NCBI GenBank assembly: GCA_038046645.1
Contig: JBBSVU010000004.1
Location: forward strand, 1 to 25,740
Length of the DNA: 25,740 nucleotides
Source of the DNA: an archaeon
Lineage (GTDB): Archaea > Iainarchaeota > Iainarchaeia > Iainarchaeales > 0-14-0-20-34-12
Direction of reading: 5' to 3'
Shown here: positions 17,696 through 25,740 of the stretch, in pieces
How positions within the stretch are numbered: position 1 is the stretch's first letter
How the letters are laid out: the number at the start of each line of letters is the position of its first letter
Position numbers and translations under genes: made by a program
The notes under the pieces: model-generated
What the model was told of the DNA's origin: nothing
What the model saw: the letters and a program-made list of their open reading frames with translations, nothing else
Databases searched by the model: none

Positions 17696-18694
17696 TTATT
17701 TTTCAATCAAGCGTGCGCTCAAAATATTATCTTCAATCCAAATATAACTTCCATAAACAGTATTCTTCTTTGCATCCTTTGATGTGCTGCCAGCATTGTC
17801 ATATTTTACTGAATAGGGGTATTTTTGTGCCTTTGGGTTCGGCGTTTCAAGCAGCATGTTTGTTTCAGCATCAACATATGCTTCAATATCATATTTGCCA
17901 TCAGCATCCTGGTCCATTTTTACTGTCGCAATTATTTTCTTGCTGTCATTTTCTGCATTTCCTGCCCATATTGCATCAGGCAAATAATAATTCACATTGA
18001 CTTTGCCATTCCCTGTTTTGTCTGATCCAGAAAACTCAATCTTTTTACCAAATTGTATTTTGAATTCCTGCTTTGCTAATACAAAGAATATCTTTGGCTG
18101 CCCGTTTGTTGATTGATCATCCCAAATATAATAATTATATTTTTCATAAAATGGTGCGTAATACTCCGGAGGCAATGCTTCATTTTCATCAATTTCAAAT
18201 TCTGAAAATTTTGGGTTTTGTATGGTAAATGTTATAGTATTTGTGCTGAATGCATTGTATGCAATATCGCCTTCATAGGCTAAGTAGAAAGGATTCTCTG
18301 TCGCTTCAATGTATTCTTGCTCTGTTGATTCATCAGTAATGTCATAATTCTTTAATCCATAAATATAAAATTTCCCAAGCATCTCATCTATCTCTATGTG
18401 GAATTCAAAACCGTCAATATCAAATATTTCATTGTTTGCAAATACCACATCCCTAATAAATTTAACGTCATGCACCCCGCTTGCATTTGCAAATACAATT
18501 TTATTCTCCTTGAGCTCAACCATTGTCAATACGGCATCAGGATACTGCTTTACATATTCTGCAAGTTGCTCATCCGCATCTTTTGGCTCTTCTGTTTTTG
18601 GCGCTTCCTGCGGTTTATTCATATATACAAAATAATATCCTATGCCAATTAGTGCTAAAATAACGATAATTGCAATGACTTTCCTTGAAACCAT
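17696..18694 (-). CDS. Membrane-anchored acidic extracellular beta-rich protein
   Basis: N-terminal signal anchor; 332 aa rich in D/E/Y/N; no family recognised. Confidence 0.8.
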   Translation of the reverse strand: MVSRKVIAIIVILALIGIGYYFVYMNKPQEAPKTEEPKDADEQLAEYVKQYPDAVLTMVELKENKIVFANASGVHDVKFIRDVVFANNEIFDIDGFEFHIEIDEMLGKFYIYGLKNYDITDESTEQEYIEATENPFYLAYEGDIAYNAFSTNTITFTIQNPKFSEFEIDENEALPPEYYAPFYEKYNYYIWDDQSTNGQPKIFFVLAKQEFKIQFGKKIEFSGSDKTGNGKVNVNYYLPDAIWAGNAENDSKKIIATVKMDQDADGKYDIEAYVDAETNMLLETPNPKAQKYPYSVKYDNAGSTSKDAKKNTVYGSYIWIEDNILSARLIEK

Positions 18695-18750
18695 TTTAGA
18701 ATTAAGTTCTTACTGTTTAAATAATTTATTATATGCGGAATTGCAGCTTT

Positions 18751-19518
18751 TTAGTGGTGTTCTTCATGCCCATGCCCTTCTCCGTGTGCATCTCCATGCC
18801 CGCCTGAAATTCCCCAGCCCCTTTCCCACCCCTTGCCTGATTCGGAATGCCCATAAGTTCCGTGTGCTGCATGTCCATGTGCTGCCCCATGGCCGCCATG
18901 ATCTGCATGCCCGCCACTATGTCCTGCTCCATGGGAATCACCATTATGCCCAGAACCATGGGAATCTCCATGTCCATTGCTAGTATTATGTGCACCATGT
19001 TCTGCATGCCCTCCATGTGAATTTCCGTGCCCATGGTTATTAGAACCATGTGCTGCATGCTCGCTTGTATTTGATTTTTTTACGGAAAGCATGGATGCAA
19101 ACAAAAGCCCTAAAACCATGCTGCTTACTACATGGATTGCAGAAAAAGGCATTACAAAAATCATGCCATCAGGCATGTTTACAAAAAATTCATAGATAAT
19201 TGTGCCTACAATTGAATAGCCAACAACAGCATCTGAGCTGATTTTTTTTGTTTTAATGTATGCAGGAATAACACCAGCTAATCCAGCACCCAATGCCTGC
19301 AATATTGTCCAATAACCTATCCCTTGGTCAAGCACAATGTTTGAGAGGAAAAAACCTGCCGCGCCAATGGTGAAGCCTGCTTCTGCGCTTATTGTTAAGC
19401 CAGCAATTACTGCTAAAGGGACAATTGGCTCAACACTAGGTATAAAATCAATTGTCTTTAATGCAAGCCTTCCTATCACGGCCATTGCTAGCAAGGTTAT
19501 TGTTTTTGAATCGCCCAT
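18751..19518 (-). CDS. ECF S-component-like membrane protein with His/Gly-rich C-terminal tail
   Basis: MAVIGR...IPSVEP...G...GF.IGA...LSN...G.G.WT..Q pattern typical of ECF S components, ~5-6 TM helices; probable ATG at 19518. Confidence 0.75.
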   Translation of the reverse strand: MGDSKTITLLAMAVIGRLALKTIDFIPSVEPIVPLAVIAGLTISAEAGFTIGAAGFFLSNIVLDQGIGYWTILQALGAGLAGVIPAYIKTKKISSDAVVGYSIVGTIIYEFFVNMPDGMIFVMPFSAIHVVSSMVLGLLFASMLSVKKSNTSEHAAHGSNNHGHGNSHGGHAEHGAHNTSNGHGDSHGSGHNGDSHGAGHSGGHADHGGHGAAHGHAAHGTYGHSESGKGWERGWGISGGHGDAHGEGHGHEEHH

Positions 19519-19654
19519 AATAGACCATAATTGAATACCTAATTCCCTGCAGGAAAACAATTAAAAATCAAACTTTCATATTGATATATCTAAATATTAA
19601 CAAAATTATCTTGGGAAGAATGCGGGGATTTTAATCACAGACCTAAATAAGAAA

Positions 19655-20071
19655 ATGCTTTCTGCTGCTTTAAAAGAGATAAAGGATGTGTTAAATGCAA
19701 AGAATATTGAAACAGAAAAAGGCGTTTTTATAAATGGCAAGTATTTTGCCTATGATATTTTCCTGGAAACAGAGCAAGGGGAAAGAATCGGTTTTGAAAT
19801 CCTTGCAAGGCCAACAAAAGGCAAGATGAAGCAAAAACTGGTTTATGTCACTGATGATTTGGACAAATTTATCTTTATTCTGCCGTCTAATTTCCTACAG
19901 TTCTATACAAAACAGCCGAAATATGCACTAAGCAACCTCAGGCCGCATTTCTTCGGCAAATGTTTCGATTTAAAAAATCTCCATGCATGGTTATATGGTA
20001 TTGCAGAGGATAAAATAATAAAAACAAATAGATTTTCAGATATTTTTAATGTTGAAAATTGCAAAAAATAA
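19655..20071 (+). CDS. Hypothetical protein, possible PD-(D/E)XK nuclease-like fold
   Basis: ETEK...YDIFLE...IGFEI pattern resembles the restriction-endonuclease-like core, but the catalytic Lys is absent. Confidence 0.5.
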   Translation: MLSAALKEIKDVLNAKNIETEKGVFINGKYFAYDIFLETEQGERIGFEILARPTKGKMKQKLVYVTDDLDKFIFILPSNFLQFYTKQPKYALSNLRPHFFGKCFDLKNLHAWLYGIAEDKIIKTNRFSDIFNVENCKK

Positions 20072-20083
20072 TGGGGTAATAAA

Positions 20084-20377
20084 ATGCCGGCACGAAAACC
20101 ATCAAACAGGCTAAATGGAAAAAGGGCTAAAATAAAATCCCAGTCCCAAAAGCCAGTAAGGCCTTTGCGTAAACTTCCTGCAAGAATCAGTTTGGCTAAT
20201 TTGGATGATTTTTTGATAGCAGAGGCACAAAAAGGCACTTCCCGCGATAGCTTATTTGGCCTAATAAAAGCAGCATATATGCGAGAAAAAGGCTATTCCC
20301 AAGAAGTTGCAGCACAAATGGCAAATTTTAAATTAGGCAGGCATTACGACTCGCATTATAGGCAACCTAAGGAATAA
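20084..20377 (+). CDS. Small basic hypothetical protein (MPARKP N-terminus)
   Basis: 97 aa ATG ORF 12 bp after the previous stop. Confidence 0.65.
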   Translation: MPARKPSNRLNGKRAKIKSQSQKPVRPLRKLPARISLANLDDFLIAEAQKGTSRDSLFGLIKAAYMREKGYSQEVAAQMANFKLGRHYDSHYRQPKE

Positions 20378-20458
20378 AAATAATCCCTGATTTTTTGCTC
20401 TTTATTATTTCGGACATGCTGCCAGCAGGTTTTATCTTCTGGAGCTTAACAGCTATCC

Positions 20459-20896
20459 TTAGGTTATTACATTTATTACTATGTTATTCATTTGCTCTAT
20501 TCCATAATATGCTGCCAATGTCAATATCATGAATAATAAAAATGCACTAACCCTATTCAGGGCAATGGCAGCATATGCCTCATTGCGCCATATCTTATAT
20601 ATTCCTGGCAGCATAAGAACAATAATATTTATTACGTGCCTTGAAATATCTGCCATATTATAATATATCTGAAACCCGAGCAAATGCAATATTGCAGGGC
20701 TTGCTACAATCAGCCAAGCAAGTATGAGAATAATTATTTCCTTGCGTTTGCCTTCAGTCAGTTGAAATACATTTTCCTGCCAAAAAAGCGCATTTATTGC
20801 AATATGCAGAATTGCATAAAAAGAGAAACTAACCCCTAAAGCCATTAATGAAAGGAAGTAATACCCAACTATCATTGCCGCATTTATTATATCCAT
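20459..20896 (-). CDS. Hypothetical membrane protein (~4 TM)
   Basis: Hydrophobic 145 aa from MDIINAA (ATG 20896), with ATTTAAATA ~30 nt upstream. The longer track ORF runs antisense through the tRNA. Confidence 0.65.
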   Translation of the reverse strand: MDIINAAMIVGYYFLSLMALGVSFSFYAILHIAINALFWQENVFQLTEGKRKEIIILILAWLIVASPAILHLLGFQIYYNMADISRHVINIIVLMLPGIYKIWRNEAYAAIALNRVSAFLLFMILTLAAYYGIEQMNNIVINVIT

Positions 20897-20968
20897 TCTA
20901 TACCCTTGCCTTATTCCAAAATACCTATTTAAATAATTATTCTGATACTTATTAATATTCCTTTTTAC

Positions 20969-21041
20969 GGGCTCATAGCTCAATGGATAGAGCAATGGCC
21001 TTCTAAGCCGGAGGTTGAGGGTTCGAGTCCCTCTGGGCCCG
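20969..21041 (+). tRNA. tRNA-Arg (anticodon TCT), intronless, CCA not encoded
   Basis: Acceptor GGGCTCA/TGGGCCC, D arm GCTC/GAGC, anticodon loop CT-TCT-AA, T arm GAGGG-TTCGAGT-CCCTC. Confidence 0.95.
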
Positions 21042-21052
21042 TTCTGCCTTTT

Positions 21053-21075
21053 CTTTCTCTTTGCGAAAGAGAAAG
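21053..21075. terminator. Hairpin downstream of tRNA
   Basis: CTTTCTCTTT-GCG-AAAGAGAAAG, 10-bp stem. Confidence 0.45.
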
Positions 21076-21223
21076 AGAAAAGTAGGCTTATCAAAAGAAA
21101 AAGAAAGGGCAGGCAGTCCTTTTTGATCATATTCTAATTGTTGGGAAAGGACATATTTTTTGATAGTGTGTCCTTAAACCCATCGAGAATAAGCTTTTAA
21201 AATAATGATATCTATCGATATCT

Positions 21224-21478
21224 ATGGCTACTAAACAAATTAATTTAAAATTGCAGGAAAATTTATATGAAGTTGCAGAATCTTTTGCACATAATTATGG
21301 TTTTAGAAATATTCAGGATTTGGTGTATGAGTCTTTGAGAGAAAAACTATTCGAGCACAATGCTTTTGATGAAAACTTCTCAGATAAACAAATCGAACTC
21401 ATTGATGATTTGATTGTAAAATCAATAAAGTCAAAGAAGATAGTTGCCGAAAAACAACTTCTAAAGGCCTTGAAATGA
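21224..21478 (+). CDS. Putative RHH-type antitoxin
   Basis: KQINLKL...GFRNIQDLVYESLRE RHH-like N-terminus; ATGA overlap with the downstream toxin. Confidence 0.7.
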   Translation: MATKQINLKLQENLYEVAESFAHNYGFRNIQDLVYESLREKLFEHNAFDENFSDKQIELIDDLIVKSIKSKKIVAEKQLLKALK

Positions 21479-21765
21479 CTTTTGATACAAAATCAACAGA
21501 GTTCTTTGTTAAACAAATCTCTTCCCTTGATTTAAATTCAAAGAAATTGATAAAAAATAAAATAGACCTGATTAAAGAAAATCCTTTTCATTTCAAGAGA
21601 ATCCATTCCAAAAGATTCAATAAAGTTTTCAGAGTCAGATTAAATATTCAGGGAAAAGAAACTCGCCTTATTTATGTTGTCTTAGAACCTAATATTATCC
21701 TTGTTTGCTTGCTTGACAGAAACAAAGATTATTGTGATTTGGAGAAATATTTGGCAAAGATTTAA
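21475..21765 (+). CDS. Putative RelE/ParE-like toxin
   Basis: TEFFVKQI..L...IKNKI..IKENP...FRVR...RLIY...DR...Y pattern; 96 aa and basic. Confidence 0.75.
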   Translation: MTFDTKSTEFFVKQISSLDLNSKKLIKNKIDLIKENPFHFKRIHSKRFNKVFRVRLNIQGKETRLIYVVLEPNIILVCLLDRNKDYCDLEKYLAKI

Positions 21766-21801
21766 TTCCAAGCATTTCATAATACTCCAATTTTTATCAG
21801 T

Positions 21802-22557
21802 TTATCCTATTGCATATTTTACCGCATCTTCAATCTTGCCTACCTCAATAACCTTCATCCCATATTCTTTCATAGCTTCATTCAAATCAACAGTTTTTGG
21901 CGTATACCACACTTTCTGCATCACAAAGCCAGGGCCTTTTTTTTCCTCAACATTTTTCTCATAGACTACCATTTTGCCCATCCCTACTGGGATTAAAAAT
22001 GTTTTAATGCCTTTTTTTGCTGCAGCTGTCGCTTTTTCCAAAACACTGCCTACTTCCCCAATAAAACCATTTTCCTGGATTGTCCCGGTAATTGCGACAT
22101 CTTCCTTAACTTTTTTGTTTTCAATTGCTGCGATTGTTGCAATTGTTAAAGCAGCACCAGCTGAAGGCCCTCCAATTAATTTTGCCTTTGTCTCTTCAAC
22201 TGAATAAATCACATCCTTTTTCTGCAGGCTTTTTTTAGTGTATTTTTCTGCGACATTTTTTGCTGTTTCAATTGAATATTGTGTATCTGGTTCAACAAAG
22301 GGATTTGTATTAAACAGAATCCTGCCTTCTCCGTCCATAATCTCGACCTTTGCCTTGCTGATTAATCCTTCACCAGCATTTGAAACAGCCACAATATTTA
22401 TTTCTGCTTCTGATTTTGTTCCCTGTTCAATTACCTTCAAAACAGCCGGCTGCTCAACAATTTTCTCAGGCGCAAGAAGCATCGCAGAAAAGAACCCCAA
22501 CCCAAAAACCAGAATTATGATTGCACCAAAAATAAAATATTCAGTTTTTATTGCCAT
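21802..22557 (-). CDS. Membrane-anchored S16 (Lon-type) Ser-Lys protease without ATPase domain
   Basis: N-terminal TM; IGGPSAG (catalytic Ser), AITGTI..G.IG.VG...EK (catalytic Lys), FLIP; probable ATG at 22557. Confidence 0.9.
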   Translation of the reverse strand: MAIKTEYFIFGAIIILVFGLGFFSAMLLAPEKIVEQPAVLKVIEQGTKSEAEINIVAVSNAGEGLISKAKVEIMDGEGRILFNTNPFVEPDTQYSIETAKNVAEKYTKKSLQKKDVIYSVEETKAKLIGGPSAGAALTIATIAAIENKKVKEDVAITGTIQENGFIGEVGSVLEKATAAAKKGIKTFLIPVGMGKMVVYEKNVEEKKGPGFVMQKVWYTPKTVDLNEAMKEYGMKVIEVGKIEDAVKYAIG

Positions 22558-22653
22558 AAAAATCACATTTGCCTGTGGAGCTTCTGTAAAAATCAATTGA
22601 TAAATAAAATTAGTTCTTTATTGTTTAAATTATCTTTTGGTGCATTTTTATTA

Positions 22654-23250
22654 TTATCCAACAGCCTGCCTTGCAACCGTATCTTCTATCCTCTTAAGCC
22701 ATTCATTTGCTTTTTTTTGCGTAGTAATTGAAAATCTATTACCCTCATTTACAGCTATTGCGCCGATTGCCTGCAGCACATGTTCGCTGCCTGTTTCTGC
22801 CCAGAATCCCCCTAAAGCATGCAACATCCTATCAACCTGTTTTTCACTTCCGCCTTTCATTACTGCTTCCAATATTTCCCTTAATGAGGCTTCCTGCCTG
22901 TATTCGCACAATGTTTCAACAGCCTTTGTCCTTATATCTGCGTTTTGGCTTCTTATCCCTCTTTCTGCTTCCTGTATTCTATAATTTATTTCACCCATAT
23001 TTCCTTTTTGCATGCCCCTTATTGCATGAGTTCCTTTGCCTTTTGCTTCCTCGGCAAACCCTCTTACTGCAGAATCAATGTAAGCAGCAGCGCCCCTAAC
23101 CATTCCTACTGGTGACCTTCTAAAACCGCCAGGCTTGCTTCCTGCAGCGTGCATATTTCTAGGGCCCCCAAATCCAAAAAAGCCTCTGTTTCCAGCAGGC
23201 CTTTGATGGCCATGCATAGGCATTGGCCTTCTTCTTTGTAGTTGCGGCAT
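22654..23250 (-). CDS. Hypothetical protein: disordered Arg/Gly/Pro N-terminus plus HEAT-like helices
   Basis: 198 aa; SQNADIRTKAVETL-type HEAT-like segment. Confidence 0.65.
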   Translation of the reverse strand: MPQLQRRRPMPMHGHQRPAGNRGFFGFGGPRNMHAAGSKPGGFRRSPVGMVRGAAAYIDSAVRGFAEEAKGKGTHAIRGMQKGNMGEINYRIQEAERGIRSQNADIRTKAVETLCEYRQEASLREILEAVMKGGSEKQVDRMLHALGGFWAETGSEHVLQAIGAIAVNEGNRFSITTQKKANEWLKRIEDTVARQAVG

Positions 23251-23340
23251 AAAATATTATATATGCTGACTTAACTATTTAATTAGTTGCTTTTTTATCT
23301 GAACGGATTTTTATCCAGCTTAATTTCTCGAAATTGCCGG

Positions 23341-23484
23341 TTAACGCCCAGCATATTTGTCAGCATCATCTGCTAGCGGATAAGTATATTGGCTTTTCTG
23401 GCTCTGCTTTTTTTTGCATTTTTTGCAGAAATAGCCTTCTCTTTTCAGTTCAAAATCTTCAGACCCGCATTTTTCGCATTTCAT
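23341..23484 (-). CDS. 47-aa zinc-ribbon microprotein (not in ORF track)
   Basis: Manual translation MKCEKCGSEDFELKREGYFCKKCKKKQSQKSQYTYPLADDADKYAGR*; CxxC-x13-CxxC; starts 18 bp after the upstream stop. Confidence 0.7.
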   Translation of the reverse strand: MKCEKCGSEDFELKREGYFCKKCKKKQSQKSQYTYPLADDADKYAGR

Positions 23485-23502
23485 AATTAGAATTAAGGCA
23501 TT

Positions 23503-23697
23503 TTAGTTTATAGTTATTTTGGTTGTTGTTGCCCTGCTTCTGCTGCCAACCTTTTTCTCTTCTGAAAAATAACTAATAGCACTATGTATAATAGAATCAG
23601 CTACTAACTTATCCAAATCTGTTTTTTTATCCCATCTTTTTAATGCATCTAAAATTGCCTGCCTGTATACTACTTCTATTTTTCTGTAGTTAGGCAT
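23503..23697 (-). CDS. Stand-alone homolog of the sigma-region-2-like C-terminal segment (family member 3); small gene or remnant
   Basis: AILDALKRWDKKTDLDKLVADSIIHSAISYFSEEKK aligns without gaps to GVLHALSRWDGTVDLDRLVADSVIFHLIDYFGSEKK. Confidence 0.7.
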   Translation of the reverse strand: MPNYRKIEVVYRQAILDALKRWDKKTDLDKLVADSIIHSAISYFSEEKKVGSRSRATTTKITIN

Positions 23698-23776
23698 ATA
23701 AAATTGTTAATATTGTATTGTTATTAAAACAATAACTCGCATGGTTTTAATGCCAATAGCAATTAGCAATGTTGAG

Positions 23777-24523
23777 TTAACTTTTAAGTTTCAAAGACTC
23801 TTTTAAATACTTTTTGACAGCTGGAACAACGGTTTCATAACCAATAAACCTTGTTAATATTGGCTTCAAGTCCTTAGTGTATTCTTTCCCACTAATAGAA
23901 GGCAATTTTGTTGGTCTTTGCCCAATTTTTTTATACACTAATCGTCCATTTAAATTAACTATTTTATGGTAAAAATAAGCATCATACCAATCCCTGCCTT
24001 TTTGTCTGGTGAACACTGCAGACACTTTTTCTGCGAATCGTTCTTCAAAATTCATTACCTTGATCAACGTGGTGGCCATGTCAGAAAATCGTGATTTTAA
24101 TGGAAGGTACTCTGGCTTGTTTAGTAAGCCAGTTCTGTAGCCTGCATCAATTCTTATTGAGTTCTTGGTTTGCTCTTTTCCATCATAAAGTGGGCCTTTG
24201 AATTTTATTGTAACAGTATATGCTTTCCCAAAAATTTCTTCATTTTTGACATCTGAACCTATGCCAAAATTCATTAATCTCTTCAAACTATCATGCACTT
24301 CCAGCCTAAATTTTTTAGGATTTTTTATGCAAAGGTCTATGTCTTCGGAAAACCTGTTCAAATCATTAAAAAATCTGAATGAAGTGCCGCCCTTAAAAAT
24401 TGCAGAATCGTACTTAGAATAGTATGAACACAAAAACATGCAAAGCAGATATTCCTTTTCAGCCTGCCAAGCACCCATTCCTTTCATTTGGGAATATTTC
24501 TTTAACTCGCGTATGTCAATCAT
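23777..24523 (-). CDS. abiEii: AbiEii-family nucleotidyltransferase toxin (type IV TA)
   Basis: FKGGTS...LNRFSEDID, AEKV.A...R.KGRDWYD motifs. Confidence 0.92.
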   Translation of the reverse strand: MIDIRELKKYSQMKGMGAWQAEKEYLLCMFLCSYYSKYDSAIFKGGTSFRFFNDLNRFSEDIDLCIKNPKKFRLEVHDSLKRLMNFGIGSDVKNEEIFGKAYTVTIKFKGPLYDGKEQTKNSIRIDAGYRTGLLNKPEYLPLKSRFSDMATTLIKVMNFEERFAEKVSAVFTRQKGRDWYDAYFYHKIVNLNGRLVYKKIGQRPTKLPSISGKEYTKDLKPILTRFIGYETVVPAVKKYLKESLKLKS

Positions 24524-25110
24524 AAAACCAAACCCACCTTTTTAAGTTTATTGCACATTTCAATCCTTTTCTTATGGGAAGAAATCCTTTCAATAAATTT
24601 CGCAAAACTTCTTTTATTCACTGATGTCTTTTGAAGAATTTCCCTTAAGGAATTAAAATTTATTTGGTTAAACCAAAGCAAATCAAAAACTGTTTTCTCA
24701 ACAGTTGCTATTGGAAAACCATAGTTTTCATAGCCTGTAAAGAGATTCTTGTCACTAATGTGCAACTCAATTCGGGGTATTGAACGCTGATGCTTTGTGC
24801 TAACTAAATGTATTTTTTGCGGAATCTGCTCGGTCAAACCATGATAAGCTAGCGCAGACCACAAAGACACATATGCTGGGGCAAATGCTGCGGTGTAATA
24901 TTTAAAATCTGATTCTGGAGAATCTGCAAGGACATATTTCCCGGCTTTAAGCCTTATCACAAGCCCTTTCCTGTTTAAACCTTTGAGAATGTTATAGACC
25001 TTCTGTTTCTTAAATCCAGCAAGCTTTACAATATCTTCTGCATTAAACACATCAAGCTTGCTTTTCTTTATTAAATCTGTTGCAAATAATTCAATATTTG
25101 AAATCCCCAT
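24520..25110 (-). CDS. abiEi: AbiEi-family antitoxin / transcriptional regulator
   Basis: wHTH ending RLKAGKY, YVSLWSALAYHGLTEQIP, ATVEKTVFD; 4-bp overlap with the toxin; probable ATG at 25110. Confidence 0.88.
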   Translation of the reverse strand: MGISNIELFATDLIKKSKLDVFNAEDIVKLAGFKKQKVYNILKGLNRKGLVIRLKAGKYVLADSPESDFKYYTAAFAPAYVSLWSALAYHGLTEQIPQKIHLVSTKHQRSIPRIELHISDKNLFTGYENYGFPIATVEKTVFDLLWFNQINFNSLREILQKTSVNKRSFAKFIERISSHKKRIEMCNKLKKVGLVL

Positions 25111-25161
25111 GCTAATAAACAGCACAAAAATATTTATAAGCCTTTCTATTCTATCAACATT

Positions 25162-25180
25162 TTAGTAAAATTTTTACTAA
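25162..25180. promoter_or_regulatory. Inverted repeat upstream of abiEi, candidate autorepression operator
   Basis: TTAGTAAAA-T-TTTTACTAA, perfect 9-bp arms. AbiEi proteins are known to bind promoter inverted repeats. Confidence 0.5.
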
Positions 25181-25228
25181 TTCGTTTAAAGAATAATTCT
25201 TCTGGATTTATTTTTTCCTGGAACTTCT

Positions 25229-25740
25229 TCAACGCTTCCTCTGCTCAACAACCCTCTCAGCAGTCTCAATATCCCTATCAGCCAACAATTCGTGGTATTT
25301 CTTCTCGCTGCCGAAATAATCCATCACATGAAATATCACAGAATCCTGCACCAGCCTATCCAAATCAGCAGTTCCATCCCACCTGCTCAATGCATGCAAT
25401 ACCCCGAGCTGGAATTGCATCTTAATATCCTCAAAATCAGCTCTTCCCCTAAAAGACTTCAAAGAATAAGCCCTTAACTTAGCAGCCTCATTAACAGCCC
25501 TATTGTCCAAAAAATACTTCATATAATTATCCAAATGTTGTTTCACTTCAGCTTTGCTTAACAAATTCCTTGCAGGCAAATCCATAACATAAGAAACCTT
25601 TGAAAACCTCTTTTCCCATGCTTTCCTTGCAATCTCACTCCTCTCCTCAGGAGTACTTTTTTCAAGCCATGTTTTTCTGGCTTTTCTTGCAATCTCACTC
25701 CTCTCCTCAGGAGTCTTCCCAGCCCATCCTTTTCTTGCAA
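25229..25740 (-). CDS. Second copy of the modular repeat protein (family member 4), 5' part beyond the window
   Basis: Frame open to the window edge (...ARKGWAGKTPEERSEIARKARKTWLEKSTPEERSEIARKAWEKRFSKVSYVMDLP...); colinear with 12465-12953 at offset 12764. Confidence 0.9.
   Translation of the reverse strand, partial: ARKGWAGKTPEERSEIARKARKTWLEKSTPEERSEIARKAWEKRFSKVSYVMDLPARNLLSKAEVKQHLDNYMKYFLDNRAVNEAAKLRAYSLKSFRGRADFEDIKMQFQLGVLHALSRWDGTADLDRLVQDSVIFHVMDYFGSEKKYHELLADRDIETAERVVEQRKR

Noticed and set aside
18642..19195. Met-rich ORF 18729..19058 and antisense ORFs
   Set aside because: Frame shadows of CAT-GGN His-Gly codons in the tail.
20897..21130. N-terminal extension of ORF 20459..21130
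   Set aside because: It is the antisense reading of tRNA-Arg and its downstream hairpin; the real start is probably 20896.

Overview
AT-rich archaeal window. TATA-like boxes, short or leaderless 5' ends, occasional GGTGA/GAGG Shine-Dalgarno motifs, a CCA-less tRNA and many orphan genes suggest a DPANN lineage, possibly Iainarchaeota/Diapherotrites; this is inference only. Recognisable genes: the right end of an IS200/IS605-type element at the left edge, two RelE-type type II toxin-antitoxin pairs, an AbiEi/AbiEii type IV pair, a CBS protein, dtxR-feoB with a palindromic operator, a 5'-truncated MFS gene abutting a 122-bp multi-hairpin element, a large repeat-rich secreted protein plus a lipoprotein, carA-carB, an HD hydrolase, a GNAT-like/HDAC/flavodoxin-like cluster, a His-tailed ECF S-component-like protein, tRNA-Arg(TCT) and a membrane-anchored Lon-type protease. 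The most unusual signal is a dispersed modular paralog family of four members. The full architecture is an N-terminal helical domain, a variable array of KTPEERSEIARK repeats, and a C-terminal segment resembling bacterial sigma-70 region 2. The window holds one full copy, one copy cut by the window edge, a stand-alone N-domain gene, and a stand-alone C-domain gene followed by an unannotated zinc-ribbon microprotein. About eight orphan genes also share Arg/Lys/Pro-rich N-termini (MPA[RK]KP three times). All family assignments are by eye; no searches were run.
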